This document shows positions 8,966-18,823 of a stretch of 64,000 nt of DNA, piece after piece. The stretch covers positions 32,001 through 96,000 of the forward strand of contig BTUM01000009.1 of the NCBI GenBank assembly GCA_045863235.1, in the 5' to 3' direction. Every line of letters starts with the position of its first letter. Position 1 is the stretch's first letter. The position numbers were made by a program, and so were the translations under genes. The DNA is from Candidatus Xenobia bacterium. GTDB taxonomy: Bacteria > Vulcanimicrobiota > Xenobia > Xenobiales > QWHO01. The notes beneath the pieces were generated by a model. The model was not told the DNA's origin. It saw only the letters and a program-made list of their open reading frames with translations, and made no database searches.

Positions 8966-9955
8966 ATGATCACCGCAACAGGTCTGTGCAAACGATTTGG
9001 AGACAAACTGGCGGTCGACAACCTCAATTTCGGCATCGAGAAGGGGGAGATTGTCGGCTTCCTGGGTCCTAATGCCGCCGGGAAGACCACCACCATGCGC
9101 ATGCTGACGTGCTACTTCCCTCCCAGCGAGGGGTCGGCCAGCGTGGCCGGCTTCGACGTCTACACCCAGAGTCTTCAGGTGCGCAAGAATGTGGGCTACC
9201 TGCCCGAGCACGTCCCCCTCTATCTCGACATGAGCGTGCGCGAGTACCTCGAGTTCGCTGCCGCTGCCAAGGGCGTTCCCCACGCTGACCGCAAGAAGGC
9301 TGTCGCCACCGCGGTCGAGCGCTGCAGTCTGGAATCGGTCGTAGACCAGCTGATCGGCACCATATCGCGAGGCTACCGACAGCGTGTCGGCCTCGGCCAG
9401 GCCATCATCTCCGAGCCTCCGGTGCTCATCCTGGACGAGCCCACCGTGGGCCTGGACCCGGCCCAGATTCGCGAGATCCGCGAGCTGATCAAGGAGCTAG
9501 GCAAGAAATCTACCGTTATTTTGTCGACCCACATCCTGCCCGAGGTCTCCATGACCTGCAGTCGGGTCATCATCATCGCCAACGGCCGCATCCAGGCCCA
9601 GGACACGCCCCAGAACCTGGCCGCCCGCCAGCTTTCGCTGGTGCCCATCACACTGGGGGTGGCCGGCGCCCCGGCGGGCGAGATCCTGGAGTTCCTGCGC
9701 GGCCTCCAGGGGGTCAAGAAGGCCGAATCGGAGGGAGACCTGTTCCGCGTGGAGGCGGACAACGACCGACAGGTGCGGCCCCAAATTGCCCGGGCTGTGA
9801 TTGAGAAGGGCTGGGAACTGCTCGAGCTGCACGCCCGCCAGGCCACCCTGGAGGACGTTTTTCTGGAGATCGTTTCCAAGAGCGACGCCGAGGAAGCAGC
9901 CTCCCAACCGGACAAGGCTGCCGAACCGGTCGCAGTCGGAGGTGAAAGCGCATGA
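8966..9955 (+). CDS. ABC transporter ATP-binding protein (GldA-like)
   Basis: GPNAAGKTT Walker A, ISRGYRQR signature, LILDEPT Walker B. Confidence 0.95.
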   Translation: MITATGLCKRFGDKLAVDNLNFGIEKGEIVGFLGPNAAGKTTTMRMLTCYFPPSEGSASVAGFDVYTQSLQVRKNVGYLPEHVPLYLDMSVREYLEFAAAAKGVPHADRKKAVATAVERCSLESVVDQLIGTISRGYRQRVGLGQAIISEPPVLILDEPTVGLDPAQIREIRELIKELGKKSTVILSTHILPEVSMTCSRVIIIANGRIQAQDTPQNLAARQLSLVPITLGVAGAPAGEILEFLRGLQGVKKAESEGDLFRVEADNDRQVRPQIARAVIEKGWELLELHARQATLEDVFLEIVSKSDAEEAASQPDKAAEPVAVGGESA

Positions 9956-10710
9956 TAGCCCTGATGAGCAAAGAGCTTCGCACTTACTACAACTCGTCCA
10001 TGGCCTGGATTCTCACCGCCTGCTACCTGCTGGTGATCGGTCTGGTCTTCGTCATTTTGCTGCTCGAGTTCGGCTCGGCCAGCACCCGAGCCAGCGCCAA
10101 CCCCATGGGAATGGGCGAGGTGAAGGTGATGGAGCAACTGGTCTACCCGGTGATGTGGTGGATGGCATTCCTGCTGATCTTCCTGGTTCCGCTTCTGACC
10201 ATGCGGCTCTTCTCGGAAGAGAAGCGCTCGGGCACGCTCGAGCTGCTGTTCACCTACCCTCTGACCGAGTTCCAGATCGTGGGAGCCAAGTTCTTCTCGG
10301 CCCTGCTGGTGGTCACCATGATGGTGCTCTGCTCGGGCAGCACGATCTTACTGCTGTCTCGACTGGTCAAGATCGAGTGGCCCACGATCGGGGTGGCCTA
10401 TCTGGGCCTGATCCTGCTGGCTGCGAGCTTCGTCGCGTATGGGGTGTGGGCTTCCAGCCTCAGCAGCAACCAGCTGGTGGCGGCCGTGGTCACCTTTGGC
10501 GGGCTGTTCGGCATGTGGCTGGTGGGCATCTTCCGCGACGCCATCGCGGTGGTCAAAGAGCACATCGGCGATCCCTCCAACCTGGCCCACTTCGAGACCA
10601 TGGCCCGGGGCGAGCTCAACTCGCACGACGTGGTCTACTACCTGGCCTGGACCATCCTCTTCTTCTTCCTGACGATGCGCATTCTCGAAAGTCGGAAATG
10701 GAGCACCTGA
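9952..10710 (+). CDS. ABC-2 type permease (GldF-like)
   Basis: About six TM helices; LTMRLFSEEKRSGTLELLFTYP. Confidence 0.92.
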   Translation: MIALMSKELRTYYNSSMAWILTACYLLVIGLVFVILLLEFGSASTRASANPMGMGEVKVMEQLVYPVMWWMAFLLIFLVPLLTMRLFSEEKRSGTLELLFTYPLTEFQIVGAKFFSALLVVTMMVLCSGSTILLLSRLVKIEWPTIGVAYLGLILLAASFVAYGVWASSLSSNQLVAAVVTFGGLFGMWLVGIFRDAIAVVKEHIGDPSNLAHFETMARGELNSHDVVYYLAWTILFFFLTMRILESRKWST

Positions 10711-10713
10711 GCG

Positions 10714-12135
10714 ATGTCGATCCATACCAAAGCGGCTCTCAACACCGTCCTCTCCTTCTTTCTGGCCATGCTGTTGTTCGGCATCATCCTGGCCATCTCA
10801 AACAAGCACAACAAGACCTATGACGCCACCCAGAACAAGCGCCTGTCACTATCGGAGCAGTCGGCCAAGCTCGTTGGCGAGCTGAAGAAGCCGGTGCGGG
10901 TCGTGGCCTTCACCAACGAGCACGAGCGCAAGAACGTGGAACGGGTCCTGAAGAACTACCGCAACGCCAATCCGGCCATGTTCCACTTCGAGGTGCTCGA
11001 CCTGTTGAAGAACCCTGCCCGCGCCAAAGCCTACGACATCGTCTACAGCGGACAGGGCGTACTCGAGCTCTTGCCCGAGGGGGGAGCCAACGAGCCCTCC
11101 AAGCGTCAGGAGCGCCTCAACGACTTCGAAGAGCAAACCATCACCAACGCCCTGGTCAAGCTCTCCGACCGAGACTCGCTCAAGCTGGGCTTTCTGACAG
11201 GTCATGGAGAAGCCTCCATTACCGAGAACCAGCCCTTCGGCATCTCGGGTCTGAAGATGGCCCTGGAGCCGGAAGCTTACAAAGCCGAGGAGATCAACCT
11301 GGCCAAGCAGCCCCAGTTGCCCACCGACCTGGCCGCCCTGATCGTGGCCGGGCCCAAGGCTCCCCTGCTCGACGGCGAGCGCGACATCCTCAAGAAATAC
11401 ATCGACGACGGGGGGCGCCTGCTCTTCTGGTTCGACGCCCAGACCGACCGCAGCTACGCCGACTTCTTGCTGCAGTATGGCTTCGAGATCCCCGACGAGA
11501 TCATCCTTACCCCCGACCAGGTGGGCCGCATCACCCAGGACTCCGCGGCCGTGGTCGGCATGGTCTTCGACGCCGGGCATCCGGTGACCAAGGATCAAAA
11601 GGAGTTCATCCTCTCGCTGCTGTCTCACCCCATCAAGGCCGTCGCCGATCCCGCCAGGACCAACGGCTATACCGTCAAGCCCCTGGTCTCCTCGACCGAC
11701 ATGACGGTGGTGGTACCGGCCGCCGAGGTGCTGGGCAAGAAGAAGATGACCCCGCCCAGAGGGAAGGGCGCTTCCTTCCCGCTGGTGACCCTGGCCAGCA
11801 AGAGTCTCTCTGAGGCCCTGCCGAGCTCCTCCCCCTCCCCTTCGGCCAGCCCGTCTCCCTCCAGCAACAAGCGCGAGGCACGCCTGGCCGTGATGGGCGG
11901 CGAGGTCTTCACCAACCAGCTCCTGCGGGTGGTGGGCAACCGCGACTTCTCGGTCAACCTGATCAACTGGCTGGTCCAGGAAGAGAGCCGCATCACCATT
12001 CGCCCCGTGGAGGAAGAGTCCAAACCGCTCTTTCTGGCCCCGGGCCAGGTGCGCAACATCGTGGGCGTCCAGCTCCTGTTGATCCCGATGATCTTCCTGC
12101 TGCTGGGCATCCTGTCGGCCGTCAAGAGGCGCTGA
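10714..12135 (+). CDS. GldG-family ABC auxiliary protein
   Basis: N- and C-terminal TM helices; DATQNKRLSLSEQS, FLTGHGE, NRDFSVNLINWL. Confidence 0.88.
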   Translation: MSIHTKAALNTVLSFFLAMLLFGIILAISNKHNKTYDATQNKRLSLSEQSAKLVGELKKPVRVVAFTNEHERKNVERVLKNYRNANPAMFHFEVLDLLKNPARAKAYDIVYSGQGVLELLPEGGANEPSKRQERLNDFEEQTITNALVKLSDRDSLKLGFLTGHGEASITENQPFGISGLKMALEPEAYKAEEINLAKQPQLPTDLAALIVAGPKAPLLDGERDILKKYIDDGGRLLFWFDAQTDRSYADFLLQYGFEIPDEIILTPDQVGRITQDSAAVVGMVFDAGHPVTKDQKEFILSLLSHPIKAVADPARTNGYTVKPLVSSTDMTVVVPAAEVLGKKKMTPPRGKGASFPLVTLASKSLSEALPSSSPSPSASPSPSSNKREARLAVMGGEVFTNQLLRVVGNRDFSVNLINWLVQEESRITIRPVEEESKPLFLAPGQVRNIVGVQLLLIPMIFLLLGILSAVKRR

Positions 12136-12139
12136 GACC

Positions 12140-13585
12140 GTGAATCGCAGCACGCTCGTCCTCTTGATCCTGGTGCTGGGACTGGGGGGGTTCTACTACT
12201 TCTACGACGTGCGGGGGGGCAAGACGCGCGAGGAGGCGGAGAAGCAGGAAAAGCGCGTCTTTCCAGGACTGAAGGCGGACAGCCTGATGGGGCTCGAGCT
12301 CAAGCCCGGCAAGAGCGATCAGGCCCCGCTGGTGCTCGAGAAACGTGACGGGCGCTGGATCCGCAAGGGTCCTCCCGAAGAGATGGTCTCGGTGGCCGAG
12401 GTGGGCCGCATGGCCGACGGTCTGGTCGATCTGCAGCGCAACGAGGTCATCCTCGAGAGCCCCAAGCCCGAGGAGCTCAAGCAGTTCGGCCTGGAGAAGC
12501 CGGCTTTCGAGCTGAGCCTGAAGTCGGGGGGCGCCAGCTCGGCTCTGCTGGTGGGCGACAAACTGCCTGACGGCAACGGCTACTACGCCCGGGTGGCTCC
12601 CAGTGGCCCGGTGGTAACGGTGCCGGGGACCTTCTCGGCCATCATCGACAAGACTCCCGCCGCGCTGCGCGAGACCAGCCCCCTGCCCGGCGACCCGGGC
12701 AAGGCCGTACGCGTGAAGATGGTCCGGGGCGGCCAGGAGACCGAGTTGGTGCTCAACGTCACCAAGCGCGAGGAAGAGAAGTCGGACGAGGAAGAGTTCA
12801 GCATGCTGGAAGGCGACTGGAAGGTGGAGAAGCCCTTCCAGGCCGGTGCCGACTCGAGCAAAGTGAGCGCCTTTCTGTGGGATTGGAACCGCATGCGGGC
12901 GGGGCGTTTCATGCAGCCGGGCGAGAAGGTGGACTTCAGTAAGCCCGAGCTGCGCCTGGAGGTGTGGGAGGATAAGCGCACCACCCCCCAGGTGCTGGAG
13001 ATCGGCCCCCCGGTGGCGGTGCAGCCCACCATGCGCTACGCCCGCCGCCTGAACCCCGAAGAGGTGATGGTGCTGGACTTCTCCAAGACCGAGGCCCTCA
13101 CAAGGGATGGGGAGTTTTTCCGCGACCGGCACCTGCTCGCGTTCCAGGTCGACGAGGTGGAGAAGGTGGAAGGCCAGATCGGCTCGCACGAGCTGGTCGC
13201 CCAGCGCTCGGGCGAGAACTGGAAGCTCTCCAAGCCCGACAAGCCCGAAGGAGACTTGGCCACGCAGAGCTCGGCGCTCTCCAACCTGCTCTGGGAGCTG
13301 ACCGAGGAGCAGTGGAGCGCGGTGGCCCCGGCCGGCGCGGCCACCGGCCTGGACAAGCCCCGGGCCCGGCTCACCCTCTACAAGGACAAGAAAGAGAAGC
13401 TGGGCACCATCTTGCTCGGAGCCCAGACTCCGGATAAGAAGGGCTGCTACGTGCAGTTGGAGGGCAAACCCGAGGTGTGGACCAGCGAGAGCGACTATCT
13501 CACCCGCTGGGAGGACAGCCTGCGCACGCTCTGGCCAGCCCCGGCCTCACCCTCCCCCTCGCCTTCGGCCAGCCCCGCTCCTTAG
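12140..13585 (+). CDS. DUF4340-type protein
   Basis: N-terminal anchor, repeated FGLEKP/TGLDKP...LLVG/LLG motifs; typical position after GldG. Confidence 0.8.
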   Translation: MNRSTLVLLILVLGLGGFYYFYDVRGGKTREEAEKQEKRVFPGLKADSLMGLELKPGKSDQAPLVLEKRDGRWIRKGPPEEMVSVAEVGRMADGLVDLQRNEVILESPKPEELKQFGLEKPAFELSLKSGGASSALLVGDKLPDGNGYYARVAPSGPVVTVPGTFSAIIDKTPAALRETSPLPGDPGKAVRVKMVRGGQETELVLNVTKREEEKSDEEEFSMLEGDWKVEKPFQAGADSSKVSAFLWDWNRMRAGRFMQPGEKVDFSKPELRLEVWEDKRTTPQVLEIGPPVAVQPTMRYARRLNPEEVMVLDFSKTEALTRDGEFFRDRHLLAFQVDEVEKVEGQIGSHELVAQRSGENWKLSKPDKPEGDLATQSSALSNLLWELTEEQWSAVAPAGAATGLDKPRARLTLYKDKKEKLGTILLGAQTPDKKGCYVQLEGKPEVWTSESDYLTRWEDSLRTLWPAPASPSPSPSASPAP

Positions 13586-14541
13586 CTTGCAAGCTCCTCG
13601 ACCCGGCGCCAGGCCAGCACCCGCTCCAGCCCTTCGGCCAGCGGAGTGCTGGCCCGAAAGCCCAGCAGCCGCTCCGCCAGCTCGGTGCTGCCCACCCGCT
13701 GGGTGACCAGGCTCTGGGTCTGGGGCTGGTACTGCGGCTCGAGCGGTGAGCCGGTCAGCTCGAGCAGACGAGCCACCAGCTCGTTGAGGCTGGTGCCCTG
13801 GCCGCTGCCCACGTTCAGGAACACATCGCTGCACTCAGCCTGCATGGCCAGCAGGTTGGCCCGGGCGGCATCCTCCACGTAGATGAAGTCGTAGGTCTGG
13901 CTGCCATCTCCATGAATCAGGGGGGGCTGGCCGGCGAAGATGCGGTCGAGCACACGCATGATGACGCTGACGTAAGCTCCCCGGTAGTCCATGCGGGGGC
14001 CGTAGACGTTCATGTAGCGCAGGCCCACGTAGGCCAGACCGTGCTGGTCGTGGATGGCGCGCAGCATCTGCTCGCAGGCGATCTTGGTGGCCCCGTAGGT
14101 ATTGCGATTGTTGAAGGGGTGCTGCTCGGTCATGGGGGTAACCAGGGCGTCGCCGTAAACCGAGGCCGACGAGCTGTAAACCAGGCGCTCGACCCCCAGC
14201 TTCTGGCAGGCCTCCACCACGTTCCAGCTACCCAGCACGTTGGTCTCCCAGGCTGCCCGGGGCTCGTCCAGGCACTCCCCCAGCCAGAGCGAGGCCAGCA
14301 GAAAGACGCCGTGGGCTCCTTCGAGGGCCTTCTGAACGGCATCGGAATCGGTCATGCTCTGCTCGATGATGGTCAGCTTCGGGCTCTGACTCGCGCGGGC
14401 CAGATTCTCGCGCCGGCCGCGCACGAAGTTGTCCAGCACCACCACCTCGCGCACCGGCTCTTCGACCAGCAGGTCGCAAAGGTGCGAGCCGATCAGGCCG
14501 GCCCCTCCGATCAGGACGATTCGCTTGTCTTTCAGGTCCAT
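13582..14541 (-). CDS. NAD-dependent epimerase/dehydratase
   Basis: GGAGLIGS, SSASVYG, YGATK (YxxxK), RYMNVYGP. Confidence 0.93.
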   Translation of the reverse strand: MDLKDKRIVLIGGAGLIGSHLCDLLVEEPVREVVVLDNFVRGRRENLARASQSPKLTIIEQSMTDSDAVQKALEGAHGVFLLASLWLGECLDEPRAAWETNVLGSWNVVEACQKLGVERLVYSSSASVYGDALVTPMTEQHPFNNRNTYGATKIACEQMLRAIHDQHGLAYVGLRYMNVYGPRMDYRGAYVSVIMRVLDRIFAGQPPLIHGDGSQTYDFIYVEDAARANLLAMQAECSDVFLNVGSGQGTSLNELVARLLELTGSPLEPQYQPQTQSLVTQRVGSTELAERLLGFRASTPLAEGLERVLAWRRVEELAS

Positions 14542-14600
14542 GGGCGCTTGCCGCCCATGGTTGGCCGGGAGGTTGGATTCTCCTGGCGAGGAGTGCCGGC

Positions 14601-14670
14601 CCGGGTGCTCGACATCGATCTGGACGATGAGGTCGAAATCCTGCGTCGAGCGCGGCTTGCCGTGATGGCT
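14601..14670 (-). pseudogene. Possible nucleotidyltransferase gene remnant
   Basis: Reads SHHGKPRSTQDFDLIVQIDVEH, resembling the G-x-P-R-x-T-x-D-x-D motif; preceded by TAG with no start codon. Confidence 0.35.
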
Positions 14671-14709
14671 CTAATGTGCTCGCACTTTAGAATTGGAACG
14701 CGCGGCGCC

Positions 14710-17700
14710 TTAGCGTTTGCGAACCCGCACTCCGCCCACCAGCACCGCTTCGCTCTCCTCGCGCAGACGGGGGCCGAGCGACTCCAGCAATCGATCCATG
14801 GCCGCCTCAGGGGCCGAATCGAGCACCACCTCGGGCAGGCGCTCGACCAGTGCCAGCGCCCGCTCCGGCTCCTGATTCTCGAAGAACGAGCTGAGCGCGC
14901 GCAGAGCCGGAGCGGCCAGCGGGGCCGGCACGCGGCTCAAGATCTGTAGCGCTCTCGAGCGCTCGGCGAGCTGCAACTCGGGGGTGCAGGCCAGCTCGAG
15001 CAGGCCGTCGACCGAGCGCTGGCCCAGCTCGTCCAGGCAGTAGGACTCCCCCCCGGCGTCGGTCATCTTGAGGTCCCAGAAGTCCAGTCCCGGATACTCC
15101 GAGCTCGAATCAGTGCGCAGCAGGAAACGCAGGCGCACCGTCTGCCCGCCGTAGGCTGATAGATCCACCTCCTGGCGACCCGAGCCGTTTCCGGTGTAGA
15201 GCGCCTTCTCTTCCCAATCCTTCTTGCCCTCGGGCAGCACCTGCAGATGCACCCGGTCAGGTCCCTTCTCGAACTGGTAGCGAGCCTCGAACGAGAGTTT
15301 TGCTCCCGGCGGAATCCAGGTAGGAGGTGATTCCAGGGCGGCATTCTGGTTCGACCTGTAGTTGCCCGCCGGGCTGTCGCTCCAGCCCCGCAGGGTGCGT
15401 CCCCAGTCGCCGGACGGCTTCCAGCCGGCCTGGCCGAGGCCATCGCGAAGCTTGCCCAGGGCTTCCGTTCCGGCCTTGTCCAGGCTGGCCTCGCGCAGCG
15501 CCTCCAACAGCCGCTCGGGCTCCACCCCCAGAGACCGAAACCGGGCACACTCGCTGCGCAGGTCGACCTCAGCCTGCAGCGCCTCCAGAGGCATTGAACC
15601 GATCTCTTCCCAGGCCTGCAGCGACCTGCTCACACCGCTGATGGCTACCAGGCGCTCCAGCTCCTTGTGCCGCTCGGGCTCATCGGTCAGGGTCGTGATG
15701 GCCAGAGCGGCGCACAGGCCGTGCGCCTTGACAAGCTCGGTCAGAGGCTCGAGAGGACGGTCCATGCGCGATATCAGCTCGTCGCGCAGGGGGGCGAGAT
15801 CCTCGGGCCTGTCGCTGAAGAAGATCTGCCCTGTGGAATCCTCCACCCTCAGGTTGCGCAGCTTGAATCCCTGTCCCTCACTGCTCGAGTCGGAGGTCAT
15901 CCGCCAGCGAAGCTCCACGCGTCCCTCGCCCAGGTCGCTCAAGTCGAGGTCGTCTGTTCCCTGGGGAACCTGACCGGTGTAGTGCTGCAGCGGCTGCCAC
16001 TTGCCCCCTTCGGGACGCACCTCCAGCCGCACGAAGTCGCTGTTCTTCTCCAGGTCGCACTGGTAGTCGAACCTCACTCGCGCCCCCTGCTGGCCGGCCA
16101 GCGAGATCACCGGGCTGGTGAGGCTGTTGTTGGCGTTAGAGCGATAACGCCCAATGCGGTTGTCGGCCCACACGCCTGGCTCGCTGCGCACCCACCCCTC
16201 GGTCTGCCACGGGTGCAGCGACTCGAGCAGACCTTCCGGGAAGCTGGTGCCGCGCAAGGCACGGCTGTCGGCCAGGCAGCGATCGAGCAACTCGGGCTGC
16301 TGCAGGCGGTTGGCGATCTGGGTGGCGAGCTGGAAGGCCTGCACCGAGTCGCTCTGAACCTCGGGGAAGAGGGCGGCGGTGGCCTCCACGCCCACGGCCA
16401 CGGCTGCCTGGCTCAAAGACTCGGCGGGAGCCTGCAGCCGGAAAAGCCGCAGGGCCTGGTCGGGCCTGAGGTCCTGGCTGAGGCGATCGACCCGCTCCAG
16501 CCCCTCCAGGTCGCGCTGGCGGGCCAGCTCGAGGATCTGGTCCAGAGTGGCTCGCTGGCTCCGGGCCTGGTCGCTGAAGACCAGTTCGGGGGGCGCCTCG
16601 GGTTGAAGGGTCGGACGGGCCTCGACCCGGAAATCGGCCAGCTCGAGCCCCTCGCCGTTATTGGAGCTGTCCGTCTTGAGGCGAAAACGCAGCTGCAGCA
16701 TGCCCTGACCGAAGGGAGCCAGGGACAGCTTGTGCTCGGCCCAATCGCTCTGGCCCGTGAAGGCTGCAATGCCCTCCCACTGCTGGCCGTCGCGCGAGGC
16801 TTCGAGCAAGACGTTGTCGGCATTGCGCTCGAGATCGTGGCGAGCGCGGAAGCTAACCGTGGGAGCGCTGTGATGGCGCAAGTCCAGCACCGAAGTGGTG
16901 AGGGATGCGTTCTGACCGTGGCGATAGAGTCCCGGGCTATCGGCCCAGGCGCCATCTCCAATCGAGTGCCAGCCGCCTTCCTTGCTCCAGGTCGGGCAGG
17001 TGCGCTGCACCAGCCGGGCCACGTGCTCCTGGCTCTCGGGGGGGAGCTGGGCCAGCTCGCGATAGACGGCCATGACGGAAGACAGGTCGTCGGGGGTGGG
17101 GGTCAGCCTGCCGGCTGCCTGGAAGCTGGCCACCATCCGGTCTACCTCGCCAGGGAAGGGGGCCAGGGCGGCGGCCGCCTGGTTGCCCAGGCGCTCGGCC
17201 AGGTGGGCCACGCGTTCAACGCTCTCGGGGGGAATTGGACCCAGGCGCAGGGCCTCGGCCACCGAGCCGGTGCCCGCCACCAGCTGTTGCAGGGGCTCGA
17301 TGGGCAAGCCGCCGGCCACCAGTCTGGCCACTTCCGCAGCCAGGGCCGCCCGCTCCTGGGAGCGATCCTGCTGAAACAGCGAGCGGGGGGCAGCCTCGAA
17401 GCGGGGGCGTCCCTCGAGCGAGATATGGCTCAGACTGACCCCTTCCTGGGTCACCGAGCTATCCGAGCTGAGGCGGAAGCGCACATGCACGGGAGCGCCC
17501 TGGTAGGCAACCAGCGAAACCTGGTGCTCGGTCCAGTTGGACTTGTCGGTGATCTGCCTGAGGGCTTCCCAGCTCTTGCCGTCGGCCGAGGCCTCGACCA
17601 CCAGCCAGTCCCGGCCCTTCTCCAGCTGGGTCTGGCAGCGAAAAGAGAGCGTGCACTCGCTGGCGTGGCGAAGGTCGACGACCGGCAGGCTGAGCGAGCT

Positions 17701-18789
17701 CTGCTGGTTGTCCTTGTAAGGTGCGCCGGGGCTGTCGTCCCAGACTCCATCTTTTTCAGCCCAGGTGTGCTGAGCAACGATTCGCGGCACGGCGGCGTCC
17801 AGCCACTTGCGCAGGGCGTCCTGAGCGGCCGGCTCCTGGCGGGCCAGGCGGGCGGCCGCGGCCGGGTGCTCCAACCGCCCCAGCCAGTCGAGGTAGGCCG
17901 GGTGAGTCGCCAGGGGAAGCGCGTCCAGCTCCCTGGCGGCCGCATCGAGCAGCTCGGGCCGGAGCACGACCGGAGCCACCTGCTCGCGCGCCTGGCAAAG
18001 ACGCTTCTCTTTCATGGCCTTGCAGACCGCTTCGGGGTCCTGGCCGACCTGCCAGCTGCCCAGCTCGCGCTCGTGCCAGCTCAGGGGCACCTCGGAGGCG
18101 CGGGCACGGTAGAGCTCCAGGGCGTCGCTGCGGTAGCCTTCCTCCTGCAGCATCCGCAGGCCGCGGGCCAGCTCGGGCTGCTCCAGCGCCTCGGGGCCCA
18201 CCTGACCCAGCAGATAGGCGAGCATGGCGACGTCCTGGCCGCTCTCGAGCGACCTGCCGGCTGAGGTCACGCTGACCCCGGAGGTCAGCCTCAGGTAAGC
18301 CCCCCAGGAGCCCACGGGCTGCCCTTCGTGCTCGAAGACCTGGCCCGAGCGCTCGAGCTGCTCGAGCTGCCGTGCCAGCTCGGGGCTGGGCAGGCGGCTC
18401 ACCTCGCCGGCGTGGAAGGCGGTCAGCACGGCCAGGTCGTCGGGTCCGCGCAGGGGCAGCCAGGCGCCTTCGGGCGCTCGCACCCTGAGATCATCGGGGT
18501 CCTTGTTGAGCAGTGCCTGACCGGCCTGCAGGGGGGTGGAGGGCGTCCAGCCCAGCGAGCCTACCAGGCGCTTGCGCTGGAACTCGAACCCACGGCTCTT
18601 GAGCCCTTCCAGGGCGGCCACCGCTCCGGCCAGTCCACCCAGCGCCCCTTCGCTGGCGCTGGCGCCTGGCAGACCGGGACGCCTGCCGCTCAGCTCGACC
18701 TGGTCGGTCGGGCCGGCAGCCGCTCGCGGCACGATGCCGGACGCGGGCATGAAGGAGGCTCTGAGTGGCTCCACTCGCATGGAGGCCAT
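14710..18789 (-). CDS. Large repeat protein: four jelly-roll (immune inhibitor A/MAM-like) domains separated by helical spacers, with a C-terminal VGGVRVRKR tail
   Basis: Four repeats W.D(S/N)...Y....N..L...DL...LE...D...W...TG...(V/L)RF/W...DSS...G. Start is 18789 or 18780. No Sec signal peptide. Confidence 0.85.
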   Translation of the reverse strand: MASMRVEPLRASFMPASGIVPRAAAGPTDQVELSGRRPGLPGASASEGALGGLAGAVAALEGLKSRGFEFQRKRLVGSLGWTPSTPLQAGQALLNKDPDDLRVRAPEGAWLPLRGPDDLAVLTAFHAGEVSRLPSPELARQLEQLERSGQVFEHEGQPVGSWGAYLRLTSGVSVTSAGRSLESGQDVAMLAYLLGQVGPEALEQPELARGLRMLQEEGYRSDALELYRARASEVPLSWHERELGSWQVGQDPEAVCKAMKEKRLCQAREQVAPVVLRPELLDAAARELDALPLATHPAYLDWLGRLEHPAAAARLARQEPAAQDALRKWLDAAVPRIVAQHTWAEKDGVWDDSPGAPYKDNQQSSLSLPVVDLRHASECTLSFRCQTQLEKGRDWLVVEASADGKSWEALRQITDKSNWTEHQVSLVAYQGAPVHVRFRLSSDSSVTQEGVSLSHISLEGRPRFEAAPRSLFQQDRSQERAALAAEVARLVAGGLPIEPLQQLVAGTGSVAEALRLGPIPPESVERVAHLAERLGNQAAAALAPFPGEVDRMVASFQAAGRLTPTPDDLSSVMAVYRELAQLPPESQEHVARLVQRTCPTWSKEGGWHSIGDGAWADSPGLYRHGQNASLTTSVLDLRHHSAPTVSFRARHDLERNADNVLLEASRDGQQWEGIAAFTGQSDWAEHKLSLAPFGQGMLQLRFRLKTDSSNNGEGLELADFRVEARPTLQPEAPPELVFSDQARSQRATLDQILELARQRDLEGLERVDRLSQDLRPDQALRLFRLQAPAESLSQAAVAVGVEATAALFPEVQSDSVQAFQLATQIANRLQQPELLDRCLADSRALRGTSFPEGLLESLHPWQTEGWVRSEPGVWADNRIGRYRSNANNSLTSPVISLAGQQGARVRFDYQCDLEKNSDFVRLEVRPEGGKWQPLQHYTGQVPQGTDDLDLSDLGEGRVELRWRMTSDSSSEGQGFKLRNLRVEDSTGQIFFSDRPEDLAPLRDELISRMDRPLEPLTELVKAHGLCAALAITTLTDEPERHKELERLVAISGVSRSLQAWEEIGSMPLEALQAEVDLRSECARFRSLGVEPERLLEALREASLDKAGTEALGKLRDGLGQAGWKPSGDWGRTLRGWSDSPAGNYRSNQNAALESPPTWIPPGAKLSFEARYQFEKGPDRVHLQVLPEGKKDWEEKALYTGNGSGRQEVDLSAYGGQTVRLRFLLRTDSSSEYPGLDFWDLKMTDAGGESYCLDELGQRSVDGLLELACTPELQLAERSRALQILSRVPAPLAAPALRALSSFFENQEPERALALVERLPEVVLDSAPEAAMDRLLESLGPRLREESEAVLVGGVRVRKR

Positions 18790-18823
18790 GATGCCCGGGA
18801 GGGCTCAAAGAAGCGTGAAAAGG

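Noticed and set aside
8966..13585. Gliding motility function for the Gld-like operon
   Set aside because: GldA/F/G-like ABC modules are widespread in non-gliding bacteria and no other gld/spr genes are present.
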